From the NCBI GenBank assembly GCA_958009085.1, contig OY253673.1, positions 248,001 to 312,000 of the forward strand: a stretch of DNA of 64,000 nucleotides. The letters are read 5' to 3'. The notes beneath the pieces are model-generated. The model worked only from the letters and a program-made list of their open reading frames with translations. It ran no database searches and was not told the DNA's origin. Shown here in pieces: positions 39,627 through 52,270 of the stretch. Origin of the DNA: Protoeuglena noctilucae. Lineage: Eukaryota. Numbering within the stretch: position 1 is the stretch's first letter; every line of letters starts with the position of its first letter. The position numbers were made by a program, and so were the translations under genes.

Positions 39627-41089
39627 ATGGGCCTGTCCAGGGGCGTCCTCCGCCTCGTATATGCGGATGGGCTGCCGGTCCTCCGGATGCTCCACCTGGG
39701 CGAGGCTCTCTACCGCGCGGACACGGGTGAGCCTCTGGGCGGTGCTGGGTTTGGCGACCGGGGACGGCGCCCGGGGAAGCCTGCCGCACGGTCGACGCAG
39801 GCAACTGGTTTCTCATAAACAATGGAAAGTCTGGGCGTCACATCGTCATGGGGATTTCAGGCAAGGCGGAGGAGCTGGTGGACCTGGAGCGAGCCCGCTC
39901 TGCCGGGGTGCGCCTCATCCGGCGGTACAGGCGAGCAGGGCCACGCAATACACGATTCGTCTATAGCTGCGCATTCGAGCGCATTGGAGCGCTCGCCATC
40001 CTCGCCCGTGTCGCGCAGCGGCGGCGGGACGGTCGTGGTGGATCACAACACGGTCTTTGCTTCCCTCATCGTCAGCCCCGAGGCCGCGCCGGGTGAGACG
40101 CTGACCTCGCCTGTGCCTTTCGGGTTCTCGCTTGATCCCGCTGATGTCGAGCCGTTTACTGCGCCTTTGGCGAGGCAAAACCTCGTGCGCCCGGTTGGTG
40201 TCGACTTGCAGACGTGCAACCGTTCCCCGAGCACATCATGCGCTGGTCCGAGGGCTTCTACCGCCCGGCCCTGGGTCACTTATCCCTGCCAGACACAGCA
40301 GGGACCCCAGGAACCCCCCAGCAGGGGTCCTTCCATCTCCGTGAAAACGACTACGTGATCGGGACGCGCAAGTTCGGGGGCAACGCGCAGGCGATATCCA
40401 AGGGCCGGTGGGTGCACCACACGAGCTTCCTGTGGGACTACGACTGCGACGCCATGGCCCTCCTCAGGCATCCCCGCCGCACACCCAAGTACCGGGACGG
40501 GCGCGACCACGAGGAGTTCGTGTGCCGGTGAGGGCTGGGCTGATACTCACGATGCAAGCCGTCTGAGAGTCGCCATGGAGTGCTCTTGACTGGCATGGTG
40601 AAAGGGCGGCTGTATCATCCTCGCAGCGTGAGAGGCACTCAGCGTTGGGCAGCCGTGTCTCGTCCCTGCTTGCGTGTTGTATTGGGCACCTCTGTAGTAA
40701 GCCCACCGCTTCTGCGCAGGCTCTCGTCCGTGATGGCTGACCGGTCCCAGTTCGTCTCAAGTCTGAAGCGGCTGCCGGGCCTGGCGGGGTGGCAAGTGGA
40801 GGAGGTCGGGGTGGAGGAGGCGAGGAGCAGGGCCGCTGGGTGGATGTGGCATGGCACTAGCACACGCGTGTGCCTGCCGACTTGTCGCATCTCACACGTT
40901 CCTTTCTGTCAAAGTGCATCATGCGGTCGGTTACTAAACCCGCAGCTGCGCATGTCCCCCACGCAGGCGGAGGGATGGGTGCTGGGGCGCCGCCATTTGC
41001 GGAGTACGCGGGAGGTGGAGATGCTTCCAGGCAACCGTACAAGGGAGGGCGCTAGCGTCATTGTGGGGGGTGGCGAGCCCGGCACGTGA
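39627..41089 (+). CDS. Biotin/lipoate protein ligase family protein (LplA-like catalytic domain)
   Basis: LHLGEALYRAD, IVMGISGK, RRYSGGGTVVVD (restored across GC-AG intron 39931-40018), RKFGGNAQ, HHTSFLWDY and PKYRDGRDHEEF. Confidence 0.9.
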
Positions 41090-41536
41090 CCGCGGATCGT
41101 GGAGAGTGGGGGTTTGAAAGAGCACAACGTCACATGCACGCTTCACGTCGAACACCACAGGTGCAAACGGCGAGGAGTTGGCGAGGGAAGGGAGCGGCAC
41201 TAAGGTCAGCCGACAGCTGCCGTAAGCTTGGCCAGATGGACAGCACGTCAATAGCTGCGGACCAAGCCAAAGCCGCTGGGTGGCTGGCCCCTACCGCGAC
41301 CGCTGCACGGGTGGCACGGGCAGCCTCGCTGGGGGTTCCCGCACGTCCCTCGTCGCACTCTTACTGGCGACGGTTTGCGTCGCAGAGGCACTCTGCGTAC
41401 AAGGGAGGGAGGGAGGCTCGGAGGGCTTCACGCTAGCGCACTCAACCAGGGGCGTTGGCATGAACTGGCTTAGCACAGAAACAACATCTTCGGATCATCG
41501 ACATAACGCAGTTCGTCAGGGTGAGGCTCAGGAGGG

Positions 41537-42977
41537 TTAGTGAACATCCACGGCTCTGCTGGTCGCCTGGTCGCGGTGGGACTGGTAATCCTCCGGCATC
41601 ATCACTGCCCGCGTCACGGGCATCAACACGGCCTCCTTGACCGATGGCTGGTGCACGAGGTCGAAGGTAATAACCTCCATGTCGTCCATGACCTCAAAGT
41701 CACCCGTGTCCAGGCGTCTCACTGCCAGAGAAGAGGCGGAGAGGAGGAGAAACCATGGGCGCTTCAACCACTGCGACATGTGTGGCATGGGCGAGCACCA
41801 TCCTACCCAGCCGCTGCACAGCCCTGCCGGGTACATTCCAGACCACAGGGCAGACCAAAAACCCAGCCGGGCAGACCTTAAGCCCCGCCAGGCACCAAAA
41901 CACGCAGGCGCATCTGAGACCATGGCGGTGGCATCAACAGCAGCCCTCACGTGAGGCCCACGTGCGGATGCTGATACCGATGAGCTTGCCCTCCTTGAGC
42001 CTGTCGTAAACCTCTCTGCCCCGCTTGCTCTTGAGCAGCACCTCCACCATGACTACCAGCGCGTCGCCCTCCCATCGCACGCTCACCACCTCATGGCTCA
42101 CCAAGGACAGCCTGCGAGTGCAGCGATACAGAGCTCATTTGTTCGACACTCACAGCTGCGGACGATGCGCTCCGATCTTATAGCTATACGTCCCACTCGC
42201 ACCCCATGAGCCTGTCCGGAACGCCCGCCCGCTTCTCATGTCACGCGCAGCTGTCGACCGCAGCGGCCAAAGCAGCCCCCACACTCACTTGAGGCTGCAG
42301 TAGCGCTTGCGGTCGTCGTAGGGAGGGTGCTCTAACTCGCCCTTGAGGAAAGGCCTGTCTGCCGGGCTGCCGTCATCTCCCTGCCCACTCGGCCCCGGCG
42401 CCCAGTTGTCAGCCGTCTTGTTCTGCCGGTTGTCCAAATACCTGCGAGGTGATCAGAATAAAAGCGTCGTATAAGCGTCATAATCGCACGCCCCAATCTC
42501 TCCTGCCCAAATCTCTGGGCAGCCGACATGGGCCCATGTAACTGAGAGGCCATGCGCATGCGCATTGGCCTTTTGCAAGGGTGATCGTGGAGTCTGTCAC
42601 GGCCCGCACCTGAGCACTGCGCTGGACACGATGTCCCTGGGATACACGCGGCTGTTCAACGTGGGCTTCTCGACGACCAGCGCCAGTCCCTCCAAAAAGA
42701 GGCGGCCGTCGTTCTCCTGGAGGCTCCGCTTGAGCCGCCGGACGTTGTACTGCGAGCCAAAGCAGGGTCTTGCAACGTGAGAGTAGTAAGGGAGCTCGTG
42801 TGCCCCAGCGTTGCGCTAACCTTGAAAGAGTGGTCCTGAAAGTTGCTAAAGTGAAACATACCAGTCGTGAGCGCATGCAGAGCGACTCGCCTTGATGACC
42901 GCTCTGTCGCTGGGGTCCACTTGGGGAGCGGTCTCCGGCTCAGGGAAGGGCGTGTGCCGGCTGCACACGCAGCCCAT
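41537..42977 (-). CDS. T4 gp21-like phage prohead (capsid maturation) serine protease homolog with N-terminal MGCVCS lipidation motif; 5 exons, 241 aa
   Basis: Exons 42977-42891, 42749-42610, 42441-42289, 42111-41951 and 41721-41537 splice in phase to 726 nt. Motifs are LFLEGL, NSRVYPRDIV, KGELEHP, VSHEV...WEGD, KLIGISIRTWAS and EVMDDMEVITFDLVHQPS. Confidence 0.85.
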
Positions 42978-43386
42978 GGCTCGCTAGCACGAGGGAGGCG
43001 ATGACCGCGTTGTGCAACCTGGGGCGCAAGCTGAGCAGAGGATGGGAGGCCAGGGCGCGGGGATGCCGGCACAGATCGGTGGCAGGAGATGTACGAAGCT
43101 AGGAAACTCAGAAAGCCCACTTCAAGGGCATGGGGTGTGCGGCACACGACGGGGCAGTGGTGTCGAAATCGCACCGTGCCGTGGGAAAGGAGGGTCACGC
43201 TAAAGGGTGCGGTGAGGGGCTAGGTGAAAAGAAACGCGCGCATCGCGGCGCCGATACGGTAAAAGGAAACCACACAGATTGGTCAGTGTGCAATCCAGTG
43301 CACGGCCTGTCCCGGCGCTGGGAAGAGAGGCTGCCAGGCACAGCTACCACCAGGCAGGACGGCAAGTGCGGCGGAGCGGTCTCGCA

Positions 43387-45199
43387 TTACAGCTCGAGGA
43401 CTTCGTCATTGGCACCGCTCTGCATATCGAGCTCCATCTCAGTCAGGGACTGCCACTTGCTCCCCAGTCCCGGCAGTGACAGGTGCGCGTCTAGGCCCGG
43501 CGAGTCGGGCCCGGGCACCCCCAGGCGGCTCCGGCCGTGCGCGTGGCTCGCGTGGTGTGCCGCAGATATCGGCCGGTGCCCCTCGCTCCCCTCTGTCCCC
43601 GTCTCCAGCCCCTGGCTCATGTCCTCGGACAGCTGGATCATCTCGCTCGCCCCGCTCAGCCGAGGGATCTTGCTGCTCGGCTCAGAGATCAGGATGGATG
43701 CACTCTCATGTGGCGTGACCGCGACACCCGACCCGTCCGACGGGCGCACGAAGTCCGAGCGATGGGGCCCGCCGGGATCGACGCGCTTGAGCCGCGCGAA
43801 CCACCCGCGCACGCGGGCCTCGCCCGCAGGGGGCCGCGCGGGGCGCCGTTGCAGCCCCCGGGGCGCGCGCTCGCCCTCGCCCCCCGCGCCGCTCGGCTCG
43901 CCCTCGGCAAACGGCGGCTCCCGCGCTGGCGAGGCGCGGGCCCGGTCCCGCGACGCCTGTCGGCTGGGCTCCGGCGTCGCCTCCACCGCCCCCAGCAACG
44001 TGTCGTCCAGCACCACCGCCTCCTCAGCGTCCTCGGATGGCCGCAGCACGAAATGCCCCGTGTGGCTCATGGAGACGTGGAGGCTCTCGTGGGCGCTCTT
44101 GTCGCCGCCGCAGCAGTGCTCGGGCAGCGCCGTGAGGGCGCAGGAGCGGGAGACGGTCTCTATCGCCTCGGGAACGCTCGGGGCCTCGCTGTCGCCCCGG
44201 TCGCGGAGGCGAGGGAGGGTCCGGTCGTCCTCGGACCCGACGCTCTCGGCAAGGTCGACCGAGTCGCGGCGCGCGCTGCTCACGAGCACCACGACCGTCG
44301 CGGTGTGCCTCAGCCCGTCGTCCGCCACGACCTCCCCAATGCGGCCCCCCGCGCTCAGGCGCCGGGGCTTGACGATCGCCGCGCGGGTGTCCTGGTCCCA
44401 GCCTGCACGCGAAAACAGTGGCGATGCCTTCGGACAAGGCGACCAGTCGGCCAGCGCACGGTGCACACATGCAGGTGTGCGCGTGAGAGTCTCACCTTCG
44501 CACACGAACACGGCAGTGTTGACCCCGAGCGCCAGCGCGGCCGCCTCTCCCAGCATCTGCTTCTCCGTCAGGCACACCACGCGTCGCCGCCCGTGCCCCA
44601 CGCCCACGCCCTTCCTGTGGAGCACAGCACAAGGCGGAGGTTGGCAGCTGCAACCTGCTCAATCGGCAGTCCACCCAGCACAGTGGCGACGATAGGGCCA
44701 TCGCTTGCGGCCCCGCTCCGCTCCGACTGGAGAAGCAGGCCCGGGCAGCGGCAGCGCTCACGTGGGCTTGGCGGTGGGGCCGTGGGTCGCGGAGCAAGAG
44801 AGGACCGGGGAAGCGCCGTCCAGACCCGCGAGACCGTTCCTTAGCAGCGACTTTGCCACGGCTACGATGTAGACGCGCGGGACGGACTCCAGGAGCCTCG
44901 CATTGTAGTGATCCAGGTGGCTGGGCGACAGGGTCACGAGCTGCATGGCCGACAGGGACGTCAGCTGCGGCGGGAGAGAGCGGGTCGGGCGGCTCGGCGG
45001 CTGCGTGACGCGTGCGGCAAAACCGGACGGCGGCGAGCGGGGCGCGCCATCACACCTGGGCGTGCGACAGCCTCCCGAGACGGTCGGGAGGCAGGGTCAA
45101 GATGTCGGCGGCAGAGAGTTTGGCGAGGTAAGCCGGATCCACGCTCTTCGCTCCGCGCGAAGCGAGCTGTGCAACTGTCTCGACGGCCGCCGACGCCAT
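43387..45199 (-). CDS. Protein of unknown function: N-terminal short Leu-rich repeats, long Ser/acidic disordered C-terminus; 4 exons
   Basis: In-phase GT-AG splicing gives MASAAVETVAQ...LSHAQ / LTSLSAMQLV...AKPT / KGVGVGHG...VFVCE / GWDQDTRAAIV...NDEVLEL*. I do not recognise a family. Confidence 0.65.
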
Positions 45200-46284
45200 G
45201 GTGCCGATCGGGCCGGACTGCGCGGGGCAGTGGGCTCCCGACCGTCACTTCGGCGGCAGGTAGTGCCGGCGCGGGCCGCCGGGTCCAGGGCGCGGTGGGG
45301 CTCGCGTTCTCTTGGCTTCCTCACCTACTCAAAAGACCGCAGCGAGGTCCTCCTTTCCAGGATGCCTGGAGGTGCGAGGGCCAGGACCCGTCGCCGGGCA
45401 CAGCAACGCCGTGTCGAGAGGGGGGTCTCTCTGGTCTGATTAGGGTCTCGATGCAAAAGGAAAACGGAAACGCTACCAGTAAATCGATTTCCCGCCCAAA
45501 AAACGGCCCCTGGTTGCGACGGAAATGTGTCGCTTCCAGGGCGAGATGTGCGGGACCGCCAGCCCGCAAAGTACGTGGCCCCTGCGCACCTGTCAGCGAG
45601 GAGAGGGGATCTGAACCCAACACGTGCGGGAAAGGGGCTGGGCAACGCGCGAATCGTGACCGTTCCTACTCTCGGCCGTGGTGGAGAGCGACGGGATGGG
45701 AGAAGAAGCGAGGGAACGCGGACATGCGTAACAACGACCTTCATCAAAACGCAGCGGCATGAGATTCCCCACAGTGTTGATTTTCTAAGATGTCAGAAAA
45801 GTGCGGCGGTGAAACTCTCGGGAGCGCCGGCATCGGTCGGCTCCCATGCGTGTCCAGCGCCGTCAATTCTGCGGATTTGGCACGCCTGGTTATCAAAAAG
45901 GTTCCGTCTCTTTCTTCTCGCGCCCGTAGACTTGAGGCAGCTCGGGCTTGGTGTCCCTGGGAGCCGTCCGTCGAATGGGGAGGAGTTTCGGCGGGCTTGA
46001 TCATCAGCCATGAGCTTGGCCGCCGCAGCCCGCGGATCGGCGGTCGTTGGGGGTGGCCACGAGAGGAGGGGCAGGAACTTGAAATGGGGGCGGGAGCGGA
46101 CGGCGTCTCGGCAGGTCCTGACGGGGTCGACGTCCAGGGGAATGTGTGTGCGGTCGAGGGCATCCACCCTCGTCGCTCGCGTCGTCCCCAAGGTGACGAT
46201 GCTGGGACCGGGTCGGGGACGGAGGCTCCTGCGATGCCGGGGATTGGAGCGTCGGCCTGACCCCGCCTGATCGGAGATGCTTGC

Positions 46285-49200
46285 ATGAAGGCACCGTTGC
46301 GATCCTTGCACTGCTTCTCAGCTACGCGCGCGGCGCGGGCGGATGGTGTGTGGGATGGGCTCCACGCTGCGCGATCATGGGCAGCCCGCTCCCCTCGCCC
46401 CGCCACGACGGCCGCTTCGCAGAATTTAGCTCGCGATCTACATTCTTCCCCGCATAGCCATCCCTCCCGCGGCTCGCTCACCTCCCCGCGCGGGCTGCGA
46501 TGGTTTGTCTTGCGTCCATCGGTGCCCCGCTGCGCGGAACAGCGCTCCCGGCGCTCCCGGTCCCCGCAGGCGAACTCCGAGGGCATCGTGGTCCCGCTGG
46601 ATTACTACAAGATCCTCGGCGTCACGCGGATGTCGTCCCCCGACGCGGTGCAGCGGGGCTACCGGGCAGCCATCGAGAATCCCATCGACGCGGGTGCGTG
46701 TCTGCCGACGGAGAGCACACTCTCCGGCACGACTCACTGCGTGCCCGGGAGTCCAGACGATGAGGTCCAGATCCTGCCCACAACCGCGTCTCCGTGCCTA
46801 CCCCGCCATTGCAGGGTACTCGGACCAGGCCCTCCGCCTGCGCGAGGCGATCCTTACGGAAGCGTGCCAGGTGTTGTCCAGCCGGGAGCTGAAGGCCACG
46901 TATGACGCGGCGTACCAAATGGGCCGGGCGGGTGAGGGGCGTGACGGCTGCCCCGCTCAAGCGCTCCGTCCTCGGAACTGCCACCCTTCTACCTGTGCAC
47001 ATCCCGCGCCCGCTGCTCGCGCAGGGGATATCGACGTGTCCCTCGACCAGCTCCCGGGCGCCCTGGTGCTGCTGCACGAGGTCGGGGAGCTGGAGGTCGT
47101 GATGGAGCTGGGGGACACGCTGCTCAAGGTGCGTCGCTCGTTGCTGGGTCTTAGTGGCGAGTTTTCCACTGGTTTTGTGCCGCGTCGGGCGTGGCCGCCT
47201 CACCTCGCCAGGCAGCCTGAGCAGCATCGAGGCATCGTGCGTTACTCCTGAGATATGGGGAGGCGCAACCCCACACCGGGCGACGGCCAACAATTGCCGT
47301 CGCTTCGCTGTTTGCGCAGGAGAACGTGCTGCCGTCGCTGACGCCCGACGTGGCCATCACGGTCGCCCTGGCGCACTGCGACATCGCCAGCCGGGTCATG
47401 TCCGGGTCCGGGGCTTCGGTGGAGGATGCGTACGAGGAGCTGGAAGCAGCCATCGCGACGCTGGTCAAGTACCGGGCCCCGAACGAGCAGCTCAAGAAGG
47501 GTGAGAGGGCAGGGAGCTGTGCTCGCTCACCGACCCGCACGCTCGCACTGCAGTAGATGGTCGATGCGACGTCGATGTTCCGTTGCTTGCGCAGACATCG
47601 CCGAGGCGCTGCTGAGCATGGCCCCCGACTACGCGACCACGATGCTGTCGAGGCCCATTGAGGACACCGCCTCGCGTGCCCGTGGGCTGAGGGTCCTGAA
47701 GCGACTCGCCTGGGGGCCCAACCTCGCGCCGGGCGTGCCCATCGTGCCCCGCGAGCGTGCTCAGGTGGTAGGGCCCCTCCAGGGCAGCCTCACGGCGGCC
47801 GAGGTGAGACGGCGAGCGAGTTAGCACAATGCGCTCCAGGACTTGTACTGGCATGCATGAGATGCCGTCTCACGATCACAGACAGGGATCTGTCTTGCCT
47901 TATCAATCTTCCCCGCTGCCCTTCTGTCTCTCCTCAGGTCCTGGACCTCTACTCGGCGGCACCCAAGACGTCCCTGGGGCTGGAGGACAAGTATGACGTG
48001 GCCCTGGCGCTCCTGGCGCAGGCGCTGGTGGATGCCAAGCCCCCGGTGCTGAACCGGGCAGCGGACCTCCTGGGGGCCGTGGCGACCGCCGACCTGGACC
48101 GCGGCCGCCGCGATACCGTGATCGTGGAGCTGGCCGTCGCCGAGCTGCTGCGCGGGGCGCCGGAGGCCTCCCTGGCCTGGCTGGGGTTCGCGGAGGCGCA
48201 GACGTCCCAGCAGCGGCAGGTCCTGCTGCGCGCGGGGATGGACGCGTCGATCCGGGAGTTCGTGCGCGAGAACAGCCCCGGGACTGACTACCTCACGGGT
48301 GCATGCACGCTGGTCGAGCGGTGGGTCAACGAGGTGCGTGCTTGTGCCGACGCGCATGTGCGTGATGGCTGGCAGTGCCCCGTGCTGGGCTGGGGTCGTT
48401 TTTGACTGCGGGCGGCGCTTACCCAGTCGCCTGGTCTGCACCGGCACGCGTGTCTGCGGGGCTGGCGACGGGGCAGCGTGAGCGTTCGTCCCTGCAGACG
48501 TTGGTCTCGGGCTTCCCGGAGCTCAAGGGCGCCACGTTCACGCTGGCCGACTGGTTCGACGACCCCAACGTCGCACAGGAGCTGCAGGCGATGCAGAGGG
48601 CACGCAACCTGGGCCTCACGCAGATCGCGTCCGCCGCCTCGGATGCCATTGGGTGCGTGGCGCGCAAAGAGGGGCGCCTATGGCCTGTGCGCCCCAGTCA
48701 ACCTCGTCACCCTTGCTTCACTCTCAGTACTATGGCCCCCGTCGCCTCGCTTGCAGGATGACGACGGACGCGGTGGCTGGGGTGCGCAAGGCCATCTCCT
48801 CGGCCATCTCCCGGATGTCCAAGCCGGGGACGCGCCCCGCGGGGACGGACGCCAAGCCCACCGCGCTGCCCAAGAGCGCGTCCCTCCGGCAGCGCATCAC
48901 GGGGGTGCTCAGCCCGGCGCCGGCCGAGCCCTCGGCCCCCGCGCGGCCCGGCGACGGCGTGCTGTCGCGCGAGGGCGCGGACGCGCAGCTGCGGGGGTAC
49001 GTGCGCGGCACGCGGCTGGAGGGCGTGGCCCTGCGCGGCGCCGTGTTTGCGCTGCTCACGGCTGGCGGGTACATGGTCGCCGCCAAGCAGGGCCTCGTGC
49101 CCCGCATCGGGCCCATGCCAGGCCACGTCCACACGGTCACCCCGGGCATCCCCGGGGGCCCCTCGGCCGTGGTGGTGCGGGACACGACCGTCCCAGCGGC

Positions 49201-49883
49201 GCCCTTCAAGCGCTCTCCGGCCCCGCAGCAGGAGTACACGCCGGTGAGGCTTCGCGAAGCCCACGTGTCGCTGGAGCAGTCCTCCGCATGTCTGCTATGA
49301 CAGGGTAGCAGCGTCGGGCGTCCATCGTTTGCTGGGATTGGCTTGCCCCTTGGGATGCACCGAGTGTGAGAGAGGCCACTGCCTGCCCACGCGCCCGCCG
49401 CAGGCCACGGGCAAGATGACGGCGGCGGTGGCGGAGCAGGTGGTTCGGCACTGGCAGCAGATCAAGGCGCTGGCGCTGGGGGGCACGCACGAGGTGCATC
49501 GGCTGGCGGACGTGCTGGACGGCCGCATGCTCCAGCAGTGGAAGGCGCGGGCGGAGGATGTGCGGACGCAGGGCTGGCACTGGGAGTACCGCGTGGGGAA
49601 GGTGGTGGTCGACTCAGGTGAGCGTGGGGTCGCGTGGGGCCTGTTGGTGTCATGGACCTGGACCGGCAATACCTGAGCAAGTACCCTTGCTGTGGCCTCC
49701 GCAGTGGAGGTGTCGTTAGACGGCGACCGCGCGATCGTGGAGGCGACGCTCGACGAGAGCGCGCAGCTGGTGGAGAACAACCAGGCGCTGGACGCTTACA
49801 AGAGCACGTACACGGCGCAGTACCAGATGATGCGCAAGGGGGGCCAGTGGAAGATCGTTGGCGGGAAGGTCATCTATCGATAG
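46285..49883 (+). CDS. ARC6: Plastid division protein ARC6/Ftn2
   Basis: J-like PLDYYKILGV, GYSDQALRLREAIL, LPGALVLLHEVGE, a TM segment GAVFALLTAGGYMV, and a C-terminal DUF4101-type region AEQVVRHWQQIKALALG...VEATLDESAQL...YKSTYTAQYQM..GGQWKI. Confidence 0.93.
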
Positions 49884-50090
49884 CTGTCTAGGTGTTGTCT
49901 AACGCGATTCAACGGCAGCGACTGTCAGCGGCTCTCGATCGCAAAAGCGCCCCGCGGCTTTGAGACGGAGGGTGCAGTCCTAGAGCTACGGGCGCAGACT
50001 CACCGCCCTGGCCGGGTGCAGAGGTGAAAGTGGCGCGAGAGAACGATATCACTACTAGAAAGAGAGCGCAGGGACGTCATGGCTCCGCCG

Positions 50091-51813
50091 TTACGGCTCT
50101 GCCCTGTGCCGCTTCCCCTGCCGCTCCCCGCCACCGTCGCCCTGCAGCATCCGCTTCAGGGACGCGACCTCCTCTCTCAAATCCCGGACCTCAGACTCAA
50201 AGTCCCGCACCCGATTCCGAGCCTGCGCGCAAAAGCGACAAAACGACGGGCGTCGGCAAGGGGACAGTGGGCGTGGCCGTCACCATGCCTCGCCCCACGC
50301 AGCGTCCCGCTCGCCTGATCCAGCTCCTTCGCCAGTCTGTCCCGCTCCGACGTCAGGTCCTTGACGGTCGCCTCCAGCGTCGCCAGGTGCTCCTGCTTCC
50401 GGCGGCGACTCCGGCGCGCGCTCTCCCGGTTGCTCAGCATGCGGCGCGCCCGCCGCGCCTCCTTCTTGGCGTCCGCGTCGTTCTCGGACTCGACGTCCGG
50501 CGACGTGGTGTACGCGGACGGCGCGTACGCGGGCGGGCGGGCCGGGCGGACGGGAGGCCGGATATGCGGGGCCGGGGACAGGGCCGGCGTCGCCCCGGTC
50601 GAAAAGCGCGTCGCCAACGGCACGGCCTGGGCGGCGGAGGTCCCCAGGGACGGGAGACTTGGGAGAGAAGCCGACTCTGCCTTGGGACCTGCGGCGGGCA
50701 CCGGAAGGCATGGGCACCTCGAAGCAGCACCTGAGCACGGCCTGGGGCCTCGTTCCAGACTCGGGGGCTGGTCCCCAGTGCCCACGTCTGCGTCCATGCA
50801 GGCATGGCCTCACCTGGGCTGGGGGCGAATCCGGGGCCGAAGCCCGTGGGAGTGGGGGGAAAGAGGTTGGCGAGCATGGGGACGCCCGCCTCGGTCATGG
50901 ACGGGTTTGGAGGGCCTGCGAGGGGGGCGACCGGGAGCACGCGATGCAGGGGGTGGAGAACGCGCAATCGGGCGCCGCATGCGGGGTCCGCCCCGTCTAG
51001 GCCGAGCTCTTGAAGAGCAAACGGGCCAAGGCCGGTGTAGCGGGGGCGCCGCGCGGCGCAGCTCGTGCCCGATTCCCTCTAACTGCTCCAAAATTGCCGC
51101 GTCGACCCCCGCTCGTCTCCCGAAAAGCGCGCTCGACGGCGCGCCGGGCCAGAATGTCTCGGGGGACAAACCGGTGCCGAGTGGCCCGGGACGGGGGGCC
51201 CAGCGGAAAAGAAAGGGCGCATCCGGACCGCATCGCAAGCCATGAAATCGTGAATTCGGCCGCGCCCCGAAAGGCCCGGGCGCTTCTGCGCTCCGATCGG
51301 GAGCCCGCGACCCCGTCACGTCGGGCCCGGCGGGGCCACGCCGGAAGTCCTACCCCGGAGCCGAATCCACCGCACGAGAATTCCCACGCGACGGATGTAT
51401 AATCGGCTCGATGGAGGCCAACACCGTCGCGCTCGAGGCGCGTCAAAGCAAGGCAGCACCGCGGTCGCTTCCAAGCGGGGAGGGCGGCCAGCCTCACCCG
51501 CCTGCCTCCTGTCCTTGGACGTGGGGGTCGGGGGCTGGTTGGAGCCCTGGTTGACGAGGAGCCTGAAGAGGTCTAGCGACGGGACCCGCGGCATGGCCGA
51601 CGACACCGCGCCCTCGCTCCTCCGCCCGTCCCGCTCGGAGGCGGGCTGGAAGAGCTGCGGAGCCTGCATACCGCCCAGGTCGCCATTGCTGGGAAAGCCC
51701 GCAAGGGTCCCCCGCGAAGGGAAGCTTTTCTTCAACAAGTCGTGCACCGACGCAGAGGACCCCAGGCCCCACAGGGGGGCCACGAAATCGTCGACGGACA
51801 CTGAACGCTCCAT
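50091..51813 (-). CDS. bZIP transcription factor (group C/S-like basic region)
   Basis: RRARRMLSNRESARRSRRRKQEHL is followed by a zipper that continues across GC-AG intron 50314-50223 (ARNRVRDFESEVRDLREEVASLKRML). N-terminal MERSVSVDDF and MPRVPSLDLF motifs. Confidence 0.9.
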
Positions 51814-52270
51814 TTTTTTCGCTTGATATCCAGCATACGGGCCCCTCGTGCGGGTCAAGTGCGACGGCCGCTCAACGCTGGCGCCAGACACTGCCCTGAC
51901 CTAGCGCCGCCTTGCCGACCATTTGGCACCCGCCGCGCCGCTTTGCACCCGCCAGTTGCGTCTGCGGACGAACCAGCCGTGGAAACGGCGCCTGGCCCTG
52001 GCCCAGGACTCACCAGCTGTTGAGGCCCTGCCACCTATCTAACAGTGTCGGCTCTTACAGCTGTTGCAAAGCCAGCCCTGGTAGGGACGTGGTGGACGGG
52101 ATAGCCGGTGCGCGTGGGCTCCTCTACCTGTCCGAAAGCGCCTGGGACGCCCACTCATGGCCGCCAGGGGCCGCGCGTGGTTGAGGAGTTTCCGTCTTTT
52201 GGTTGACGCTGGTAACATGAGCGCGAGCGGACAGCCGGACATTTTCAGCGTCCCGGGGGGCGCGGGAGCC

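Noticed and set aside
41000..46000. Endogenous virus or prophage around the prohead protease gene
   Set aside because: No capsid, terminase, portal, integrase or terminal repeats were seen; the flanking genes are intron-rich host genes of similar composition.
45321..46311. Possible small minus-strand gene (MADDQARRNSSPF...RRKRRNLFDNQ) between the unknown gene and ARC6
   Set aside because: I could not build a convincing spliced model or recognise a family; it may be UTR or promoter sequence. RNA-seq would decide.
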